NCBI RefSeq assembly: GCF_003704095.1
Contig: NW_020844534.1
Location: 248,001 to 312,000, forward strand
Length of the DNA stretch: 64,000 nt
Reading direction: 5' to 3'
From: Pocillopora damicornis
Lineage: Eukaryota
Below the pieces are notes generated by a model. It made no database searches, had not been told where the DNA came from, and saw only the letters and a program-made list of their open reading frames with translations. Made by a program: the position numbers and the translations under genes. Positions 36,863-52,000 of this stretch are shown here, piece after piece. The number at the start of each line of letters is the position of its first letter. Within the stretch, counting starts at the first letter, position 1.

Positions 36863-39284
36863 ATGAAGCCATTATTCGAATTAACCAATCGTGATAATTT
36901 AACATACTGGAGCACGCGAGCTAAGCGTCTTGTTCATTGTAAAAAATATGCTGAAGTCGAAAATTTGCTGCTTCGTCTACCTAACAGTCCAGAATATCAG
37001 GAGAATGAAGAGATTATTCGGGCAAAAATTGCCCTAGCCTGGCATAGAAAAGACATCCAAGCGGTGTATAAGCTCATAGAGGTAGTTGGACCGTTATTGT
37101 TTACATTTTCGCTTTGATGTGGTACGCTGCGTTTTTTTTTTTGTATCTTGTAGCAGTTGTAAGTTGTTAGTTTCGCGTTCTAATTTCTGCTTGGAATTTG
37201 TTCATATCCAGGAAGGGACATTCTCTCAAGGCGACGATCTTATTGAAATATGGGACGAAGCTCATGTTTATGAAGCAAAAGCGAGAACTGCAGTCCAAAG
37301 ATTTCGCGTGCGACAAAGGTTTGTTTGACAATTTAGTTTATTNNNNNNNNNNNNNNNNNNNNNNNNNNNNNNNNNNNNNNNNNNNNNNNNNNNNNNNNNN
37401 NNNNNNNNNNNNNNNNNNNNNNNNNNNNNNNNNNNNNNNNNNCATAAAAAACAAGAAGAAACAAGGATAGCTAAGGATGGAGAAGATTAAAGCTTGGGGC
37501 AAACAATGAACTTGAATAATTTTTTTTCAGAAATTCATTAAATTGAAATTTGTTCGATGTTCAAGCCGTGACCTATCCCTGGGCACGCCAATTGATACAA
37601 CATCGGCCTTTCTCCCTCGGTGACATAATGAAACTATCCTCGAATTGCGTAAACGCAAACAAGCGATTTGAAACACTTTCGGTGAAAACAAATATAATCG
37701 AAAGAATCAAGAAAACTTTGGAACCGTTTCTGTTATTTTCGTTTAAGCTAAAGACCTGGTTTGCCAACGCCCGAAGACGTCTCCGAAACCGCCACTTATT
37801 AAAATATCCCAAAAAGAAGAAGAAGAATCTTTGGCAGAGAAAGACACTACAGAAAACGAGAAAAGACGTCGCCATATCAGAGAGAAGCGCATCTGCTTTA
37901 TCTCTCAACGCAGCTCAAGGGCAGAAACAACCTCAAAGGTATCAAGCAATCGCAACGATGTTGGCTGTAACTTTTGTTGTCCAAAAAGTCGGTTGTATTG
38001 GTGCAATGAAACACATCGCACATTCCATCTGAAAATGTAATAATTAGAACTATTCACCGAAGTGAAGGTGGCTAGTTTTTGACAAAGCGGCGAGGTAAAC
38101 ATCCACCTCTAGCCACCGTCACACTGAGGTGAATCGTTGCGTCAGTATATACTAAAGAAGTGAGATAATATAGCACAAAAGGATAATTTTAACTCATCTA
38201 TTCCTGCAAAATTTTCGGGCGCAAATTCCGTGAGAGTTGCTTGGAGGCGAATATCAAAGGATATACGGAGTAGCCGATCAGAGCGCGCCTTAAACGATAT
38301 CTGCCGTTTTAGTATATACTAAACATTGAAATATGTGGCGTAGGTTTAGCAACAGGAAATAACCCAACAGTTTTTTAATGTGAATTTAGAAGAAGACAAA
38401 ACAAATAGGAAAAGCGACAAGGAAACATGTCATACAGTCGTAACAGCGCTGAAGAGGCAACTATTGACTAGCAAGGTAATTTGGTACTCTCAACCGAATC
38501 GTAGCTAACGTAAATTGGTTACCGTTAAGAGTGTTAAAGCTGACATTCAAGCGTGAGCACTTCGTCAGAGTGCAGGGGGACATTCTCCATTCGCTCTGAC
38601 GAAGGGCTAGCACTCGAAACGTCCGCTTTGAAACTCTTAACGGTGGCCAATTTACGCTATCAACTCAGTTGATAATACCAAATAACTGCACGACAGTTTC
38701 CTAAGAAACTTACCCTCCTCATTCAACTCTTGACTAAGTTCGAGGTTAATCCTGATTAGTTGAAAAATCTGCCTGCTTGTTCTAACTGGCTAAACGACTT
38801 TGTCGATGTCAGCCTCCGCGCATAAGTCCTATACGACTCAGATTTTATAAACTAAAGTATTAAAAAGAACTTCCGAGTTCTAGATACCCTCAATTTCAAA
38901 ATGGGGCTAAGTGCTAAAAATAACTTTGTAAATGAATAACATTTTCAGCGAGTAAAAAAGTCATTTTCTTGTTACAAGCCTTCAACTTACTCTCACTTTG
39001 AGACAGAAGCTGTGAGATGGCTCACTGGAAAGCTTTTTGTCACCCACAGATTTCAAATCGCTGATATAAAGAGTCAAGTTATGTGGAATAGTATCATGAC
39101 TGACTTTCCAGGAGTGTCCATGGTGAATGGTATTCCACAATTTGCTGCGCCTTTTGTTCCTGTCAACGTTACCGTTCCCTATCAGTTGTCATGGTTACCC
39201 GCTGTACACCCTACTGCATTCTTGCCGGTTCAGTTTCCATGGTCACCCTCTTACGATCAGTCTGATAGGTGGAGTCGTTGTTAA
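36863..39284 (+). CDS. Divergent SIX-domain homeobox protein (ANHX-like architecture); middle exons lost in the assembly gap
   Basis: Exons 36863-37081 and 37212-37318 encode NEEIIRAKIALAWHRKDIQAVYKLIEEGTFS..LIEIWDEAHVYEA..TAVQRFRVRQR, which aligns to the SIX domain. After the gap, exon 37748-37938 gives LKTWFANARRRLRN and splices in frame to a Pro-rich last exon 39050-39284. Confidence 0.75.
38480..38720. mobile_element. Inverted pair of Penelope-type repeats, each with a minimal hammerhead ribozyme-like core
   Basis: CTGACGA-AGGGCTAGCACTC-GAAAC-GTC at 38596-38623, with an inverted degenerate copy at about 38537-38570. Confidence 0.7.
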
Positions 39285-39398
39285 GAGAGTTTGCGAAGAG
39301 TGCCTGGCGGAATCATGCGGCTTGCGTTATGATCACGAAGAGAAAGAACAATTTTAGTTGACGAATGGCGAAGGTTTACATAGAATACAATGTTCCGC

Positions 39399-39538
39399 CT
39401 AGCCTGCGAGTTGTTGGACGCGCGTTTCTCCGCTGGTGGGAAGAATTGAGACGAGTCGGGGCGAGTTTTTTCGGGGTCAAGGCCTCATACTTCCCGCGAG
39501 CGAAGAAACACACGAGGCGTGGCCCTGCTCGCAGGCTA
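39399..39538. mobile_element. Short MITE
   Basis: TAGCCTGCGAG...CTCGCAGGCTA inverted ends; a related copy lies at about 40308-40449. Confidence 0.6.
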
Positions 39539-39870
39539 CGTTCCCCCTTACTTCCTGTCTTATAATTTGTTGGTATACATCTTACGGTGCTTTCGGTAAT
39601 TGTTGAAGTGAATATAAGTCCTTTCATAATCAATGATCGTTCAGTTTTATAGGCTTTTTTTTTTCAGACTTTTTTTTAGACAGTTTTAAATCTAAATATT
39701 CGTTCATCAGTCCCTCAAAAGCTGTCTCGAGCCAGAATAACCGCGGTAGCATGATGGACAGTCTTGACCACAGTTCGTTAAAAAAAAATTCATGTCGAAA
39801 TGGAAATTGATATTTTACTGTTTTAAATCGTTGTGTTTCTTTGTTTTTTTATTCTTAAAAGTAAGAGCAG

Positions 39871-40092
39871 AGTAGTAATAGGTGCCAGTATAGAGGAGAG
39901 CCAATCAGGATCGAGTTTATAGCCTACGTGACTTGAATTGATTGCCGGATTTCCAGATTCCATTCTATCATTTCCAGGCGCCTCCGTGGTTTTAAATCCG
40001 GAAATCCGGCAATTTGATTGGTCAATTCAAGTCACGTGTGCTATTTACTCGGTTCTGATTGGCTCTCCTCTATATTGGCACCCATTACTACT
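39871..40092. repeat. Long inverted repeat (fold-back element)
   Basis: AGTAGTAATAGGTGCCAGTATAGAGGAGAGCCAATCAG...CACGTGACTTGAATTGA-like arm pairs with TCAATTCAAGTCACGT...CTGATTGGCTCTCCTCTATATTGGCACCCATTACTACT over about 70 bp, with an inner TTGCCGGATTTCC/GGAAATCCGGCAA stem. Confidence 0.9.
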
Positions 40093-40825
40093 GAGCACAG
40101 GGTCGAGTTTTTTTTCTTTACTACAGAGACTGTTAAATGTAAATTGACCGAGGATTGAAGCTTGGTGTAGTTACAGTTTACATTTTGTTAGCTTTGCGTG
40201 TTAGTATGGTAAATAGACAGACGTTTGCGTCATCTTTGTCTTTTTTCTTTCGTAACGGCCTTGTTATCTATCAGCATGATCTCGTGACAAGCAGACTGGT
40301 GCAGTGTTAGCCTGCTTGGCTGCGGAAAAAGCGGTAGGTGCGAGCGCAGGGCGCGTTCGTCAGGATCTTTTGATCTGAGTAGATTTAACGATCACGCTTC
40401 GCACTCACATTACTTCCCCACCCCTTCCCCTGCTTTGTACGCAGGCCACATAGGATACAGTGCACTGAGCATTATGTTTTCTCTCACTTCGTTGTCCGTG
40501 CGAAGTCTGAAAGAGGTTAGGGAGTCTTACTCGGTGACGTAACGGTTAATGATAGTCCCCGATTCACCGCGGCTTTGTGCTTCGAGCGCTGGAAGAATAG
40601 CCTCGAACTTTCTCGTGACTTAACGTTTGAAGTTTTATTAGCTCCTTTTAAAGACATTTGGATTGAGATAGTGGAGAAGAAGAGTGCTATCTTCGTTCAG
40701 GTCTTCTTTAAAGCCGTTTATTTTCTTATTGGAGTGTCACACGCGAACACGTCGTTTTCTTTGCTCTAGAAACTATCTTCGTTCCGACCGCTTGTCGACG
40801 GGAACTGCCTATTGTAAAAAAATAC

Positions 40826-41106
40826 ATATTTATTTGAAATTAACAGTAGAGTTACTTTTGAGAGCCACGATGCCTTTTTTTTTTACGGCTTCCAGGACTT
40901 CCCTGTATGAATTATGAAATAGTTATCCATAAGGCCTGGGGACCCTGAACTTGTCACCTTTCTACGGTCTAGTATACCTTGCCAGTGATGGCGATAGTCT
41001 TGAGTATCTGGTGAGTGCCAATGCCATGGCAGCTATCAAAGGGGTTAGAGCAATGCACAGTTTTCACCCTTGTCCTCTTCCCCGAGCTTGAAAGCAGTGT
41101 AACTTT
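40826..41106 (-). pseudogene. Duplicated fragment of PLPP exon 6 plus following intron
   Basis: Near-identical to about 43688-43970 in the same orientation. Carries TGG>TGA at 41066-41064 and a 1-bp insertion near 41000; lacks the exon's 5' end and acceptor. Confidence 0.9.
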
Positions 41107-42274
41107 TTTTGGGCCGATCAATTAGAAGCTTCAACATCCCCCTCCCGGGCAACCCACGGGAATGGGACCGTGGAATCTTGCCTGGCCAGGGTGGGAAATT
41201 TGAACTGGAAGTGTCAAGACTCTCTAGAATAATTAAATTGTTGTATCCGTAAGTATGAAGGTCTTAAAGGTAAGCAGTTCACTTTTAGGTGCAAAGGGGT
41301 TAAGTTTCTAACGAAACTGTAGTGCTACGTCGGTGGAAGAGTACAACAGGGTAATTTAGTATTGTCAAATGAGTTGATAGCGTAAATTGGCCATCGTATT
41401 TAGCCAGGTAGGCCAAGTATTTAGCTCATCGTCAGATCGAAGTTATCAACTCAGTTGATAATACTAGTTTACACTTTCGCGAGCGAATGGCTCGAAAGAA
41501 AAGGTCTACAAGGTCTAGGTTTCAAAGCTTGGTCAATGTGTGGAGAGACACGGTCTCTGATTTTGCCTTCGACATTAAAATTTGGTGAGGCAAATGTCCG
41601 GGGGAATATAGAAGCCTCGAAGCGCCAGACAACATAATTCCAGCTTAACCGAGTTGTGAACGAAGCTAAAACATCCTCAAAAGCGGAATCTCCCCCAATG
41701 TGACATAGACAACTAGGGCGTCGCCANNNNNNNNNNNNNNNNNNNNNNNNNNNNNNNNNNNNNNNNNNNNNNNNNNNNNNNNNNNNNNNNNNNNNNNNNN
41801 NNNNNNNNNNNNNNNNNNNNNNNNNNNNNNNNNTTGGTTTATTAGTATTTAAAATACATTTCGTGAAATAAATATACCCCATCAAAAATTCTTCTTGTTA
41901 TATTTCAGGAAAAGCGTATGTCAACCGGCCTTAGTTCTGAAGACAATTTTCCAATCAAATTTTTCCCAATTTAAATCTGAAAATATATATTTTAAAGCCG
42001 ATAGCCATCTGAATTTCTAAAACTCTTATGGAAAGGAATTTTCAGGGAACAAGAATTTTGACGTGACGTTCTTTTTGCCAGTGTACAAGGTGTAATTTTT
42101 ACTTGAAAACTGCGAATGCATGAGACTCGTCCTGAAACAATTCGACGGGGGAGGGGGCGTAATCTAACTTTAAATCTCTGTAGGTTATCTAGTAAAATTC
42201 CAAATAAGAAGAAACCATTCTCGATACGTATATTTCTTGCATCTCGTACATCTAATTCTAAGATTCAGCTGTAG

Positions 42275-45200
42275 TCAAAGAGATTTTGTCACAATAGGAT
42301 GAACATTCTTGATCTCTCGAACTGTCACTGGTAACATGTGATCATGTTCATCACCAACAAACTTAGCCGGCATGATGGCACAGTATGGCATGTGACAATG
42401 AGGTCTGTTAAGCGCTGGGTAATACTGTCGGTAACAAAGATAGGCGAAGAACAAACCTGGAACAAAGAAAAGTTTTTAAGAACACCACCTCATGTTTGCA
42501 AGGTGTACTGCGGTGGAACCCGCTGACACAACACTCCTAAAGATCAAACCGTCACGGTTTGTCCATCCTAAAAATTCAAGTCTAATATTATCTAATTCAT
42601 CCATTTGATTCTCATCCATTCGTAACCACAATAGTTCCTTTTTGCTGTAATTCTTAATTTTTTGTGTATTTATAACACAGCAAGCTAAAAACTCTACGTT
42701 ATTCCTCAAGTTGGGGGTGCTTTGAATGACGCGGAAAAAACGACTCATAATACCTATCTTCTTCATATACAAAACTCTTTGTCGAACTCAGTGAAAAATG
42801 AACAGTTCCGTTCCTGATTTCAGGAAATGCGATATCAAGAAATCTTCAACCAATACTCAACGCAAAACAGATGAGAAGAGATCAAACACTTGCATTTTAA
42901 AAGACTTTTTTTTTCAATCACAACTGAATCCCTAGTTCTTCAACGAAGGAAAGTTACATTTTAAAACAAGTAGTGTTTCAATACGATGTCTAGTCACTTT
43001 GCCAACAAGTTAACTCACCGACAACCAACTTGCCTACTCCATTAGTCAACTCGCCGATACCTTATATCGACGTGCCGACAGTCGCCTTTGGTCTTTGGTA
43101 ACCTGTTGAGTAACAGAAGTTGGTGTTGGCAAATTGAAGTCGGCGAGTTGACTGGTGTGGGCGAGTTGACTTTAACGGTGTCGGTGATTGGTTGTCGACG
43201 AGTTGACAAGTCGGCTAAGTGGCTGGTAACAATGTAACTCACCTATCATGGTTCCAACCATTATGTCTGTGGAAAAATTATAGTGATCAGAAAACAATTA
43301 AACTTAATTTTTATGTCAAAGCTCTTTGATCATGTTCCTGCTTAACATCTATGAGCGAATTATTTGCTTCCCGTTTCTCATTTCTCGTCAAACTGTACAA
43401 GATCAGTCTATTGTTTGGATTGCTTGCACGTCGGAAGGAAGATACGTTCATTGTAAATCATTCTCTCTCTCCTGCTCAACTTTCTCATAAAAGAAAATTT
43501 CAAGGCACAAGTATCTTAGAGCTCTGAACTGATCTGTTATATGATATTCCATTCAAATCCTAAATTTGAGGCATACATTTCCAACAAATAAGAATATGGA
43601 AAAAAACATGACAAAACAGATTTTAAAATTGGAAAATGTCTCTCATCACTGAAACAAGGAGTTCCAATCAACAACAGCAAAAAAGTTATATTTATTTGAA
43701 ATAAACAGTAGATTTACTTTTGAGAGCCATGATGCCTTTTTTTTTTTTTACAGCTTCCAGGACTTCCCTGTATGAATTATGAAATAGTTATCCACAAGGC
43801 CTGGGGACCCTGAGAATTTCACCTTTCTACTGTCTAGTATACCTTGCCAGTGATGGCGATAGTCTGAATATCTGGTAAGTGCCAGTGCCATGGCAGCTAT
43901 CAAAGGGGTTAGAGCAATACACAGTTTCCACCCTTGTCCTCTTCCCTGAGCTTGAAAGCAGTGTAACTTTCCGGCAAGATAAAGTGAGATGAAGCCAAGG
44001 CCACAAAAGGCAACTGCAAATTGAAGCAATATACAAGCATGACAAATTAAGCAATTCCACCAACAAAAGAAACAAAAAAAAGCAGAGGTAGTGATCCAAA
44101 TTGTATACATGCATTAAAGACATTAAGTGTGGCTTTTGAGCTAAATGGCCTATGTTGTAGAAAGTTTTCCCACTATTCCCAGAACTAATACCTAGTTCCT
44201 TCTCTGCCAAGGAATAGTGCTCCAGAATAGGTAACCTCAAGATTTTATCAAGTTTCCTAAACAATTCTGTAGTAATCATTTACCTTCCTGGGGGAAAGTG
44301 GTAGTGTGAGAGTGAAGTTTCTTGGCAACAATGCGACTGTGGTTGAACTTACAAGTTCAAGCCAGAACCTTTTGATCCACAGTCCAGCAAGCTCACCATG
44401 GGTCACCTTTGCCTACCACCAAACATATAGAGGATACAGCCCTAGATTTTTTGCCCACTTTACTGACTACAAGATTTTCCTTAACTTTATGAATTTTAAG
44501 CTAAGTCTATTTATTAGAAAAATAGAGTTCCTGGTAAGAGATCTCTTATTTTTCGATACTCCTTTCCTGCCTATAAATGACAACTTACATGAAGAATGGC
44601 CACTTGGAAAACTTTTTCTGCCCTCAATTATTTCATCAGGGTTGCCGTCACACTCTGTACTTGCTGGAATAACTCCATTTGGATAACAACGCCAGAAGTA
44701 ATCTGGACGAGGCCTGGATCAACAACTCAAGCAAGTAAGAACTTGTCATGGTATTTCTATATTAAGAATCTCTACAAAATCAAATTTGTTTCAAATAATT
44801 AGAAGCTAAGAAATGAGTAGGTTTTGCTACTCTTGTACAGATGTAGTAAAGGTAAGAGAAGTAATATTCAACTGGAAACAAATTGCACAGTGAAATCCCT
44901 CTGCAAGAACTTTCACAGAAATTTAAATCTGACATAAATCTTTACCTGCCTACAAGAATTTTCACTATGTTTGTCACAACTCCATTGAGTCCAAGAGTTA
45001 ATGTTAGAGCTGGAAGGCAAACAAGGATGATAAATACACAGATGAATAAATAGGGTGGTATGATATGAGGGATACCAATTGGTGGACAAAAGCAAGAACA
45101 GAAAGTTAGTTAATTTTGAAGAAGAAGTGAGTGTTACTCCTACCTAAAATAGCTTGAGTACCATCAACTTTGTCCTTTCTTAATGCTGCTAGAAAAAGGA

Positions 45201-46846
45201 TTAAAACAGCAGGAAGAACTGCACCTATTACCTGCCAAAAACAGAAAATGAATAAACAGAGAACCATATAGACAGTTCTTACAACTCTGTGGATGAATAA
45301 ACAAACTTTCATCAACTATCATACTGTATGACTAAGCAAGGCTTTCTACAATATTTAACCTAGACCTCTCTTAAAATAGCAGCATGGTTAAGTTCCTTTT
45401 AGCTGTTAGTAAATAAGCCTTTGCCTTTGCTTTTGAGCAAAAATATGATTATTTTTCAATGTTTTATCCATGCCAGAAAGGCTAATGTAGATGAATAGTT
45501 AAGAACAGAAATTAGAACCACCATATATGAGAGATGTCTATATGAGTCAGACTCTATAATTTACATTTCAAAAGCAACATTGGCTTATTTCATTGATTCA
45601 GACCACTGATTTAAACTGAATAAAGTCAGTCTGTGTAATAGTCAAATTGGCTTTTGGGAGAAGAAACCATGAGTTATTAATTCTTTCAGCCCTGATGGCT
45701 CTTTAGTCCTCTTTAGCTCCTTAATTAAACTTTGATACATGTAGCAGTTGAAGGCATGTACCTATTAGCTTGATAAAAACATAAATCAGTAACGTACAAA
45801 AAGCATTTCTGTTGAGATTGTGTTTGTGGATTTAGGGTTCTTGTACAGCCACATCTCTTCCTCATGAATGACACGCACAAATGCGGAAGTATACTCCAAT
45901 GTCCTGAGAAGAGATGAAAATGTTTGTAAGCTTAACAAAAAAAGTGTCTATTACTCCCACCTGACACTGTATAAATATTACCCTACGCTTTAGCAGTACT
46001 TTGAAACCCAAGAATATTTTTGCAAAATTTAAGTATGTTCTTGATTTTTCCACCACTCTTTTACATGGTGAGACTATTCAATAACATATTCTAATTTTTC
46101 TGCTTATGGTAATATAGTTCATGATGGTTTACATGCGTACAGATAATGATAGGTAATGGATAAGTTAAACTGAATTTGTTACTGCATTTGAAATAAAGCA
46201 AAGAAGTTGTGTTTTTAAACTGTTTTGTGTGAAATTTTTCAAAGTGTCATCTCGGGGAATCTGGGAAACTTCTGTAGTTCTGTCCAGTCCACAAACATCC
46301 GTTTGAAATTGCGTGTCTTTTTACATAATTATTGAGACACTGCATTTTCTGTTGGTTAGCATAGAGACTTGACCATACTATCAAACGAACTGATTCAGAA
46401 GGATCTTACTAATGAAGGAAGCAATCGGTGGCCACATGAGCAAAATTCGTTGATCAAATCAATGATTTACGGTCACTTGGTCAGTTCTACAGGTTATTTA
46501 GCAACTAATCTCTTACCTTCAGAATATGCTTGAAATATTGACCCCGGGTTAAATCAAAATAAAAGAATCACAGGTATCAAATGGAGCATTCGTTCTCTGG
46601 CGATAGGAAGGCATAGTAACAAAGTTTTTCGGCACAACTGTCGACAGCTGGCTTTCTGGCCGATGGAATTGAATGAAATTGGACGTGGAAAGGCGGTATT
46701 TCGTTAAAAGAGCTGTTTCTATTTTACGAAAAAACAATAAGTAAACAAAAGACTTACATAAATATTGCAAACAGGATCATTCGTGCTCCGATTTCGGCCA
46801 ATAAATTCCATGATCCTTGTCTTAATTTCGCCGCCATCTTGGACAT
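42275..46846 (-). CDS. PLPP5: Phospholipid phosphatase 4/5-like (PAP2 family, PPAPDC1), 8 exons, about 282 aa
   Basis: Exons 46846-46758, 45903-45798, 45231-45144, 45009-44946, 44713-44589, 44013-43843, 43266-43243 (24 nt) and 42456-42275 total 849 nt in frame. Motifs: EEMWLYKNP, KILVGRPRPDYFWRC, KSFPSGHSS, RYSDYRHHWQD, CYRQYYP. An alternative ATG is at 46837. PLPP4 and PLPP5 cannot be distinguished here. Confidence 0.93.
42988..43231. mobile_element. MITE-like repeat next to the PLPP microexon
   Basis: Internal (C)GGCGAGTTGAC units with inverted counterparts (GTCAACTCGCCG, GTTAACTCACCG) and imperfect terminal inverted repeats. Confidence 0.5.
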
Positions 46847-47031
46847 TTTGTAATAATATTTAATGTGGAGAACCGCTGGTCAAATAGAAGTCGATTTGTA
46901 GGATTCACAACCTAATGATTGGTCGAAAATTGTCACGTGGAAAAAAAGGGTTGTCCGCCATTTTACATTCTGAACCGAGCTCTATGTTTTTTCTGAGGAT
47001 AGTGTAAATAGTACTTATTTTCTGTGGCAAG
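46847..47031. promoter_or_regulatory. Compact bidirectional promoter shared by PLPP and ACTR1
   Basis: 185 bp between start codons, containing an inverted CCAAT box (TGATTGG), an E-box GTCACGTG and a YY1-type CCGCCATTTT; a second CCGCCATCTT overlaps the PLPP start. Confidence 0.65.

Positions 47032-52000
<4,969 letters not shown>

Noticed and set aside
41455-41885. ORFs next to the second N gap
   Set aside because: No recognisable domain, and the longer ORF is inflated by Ns.
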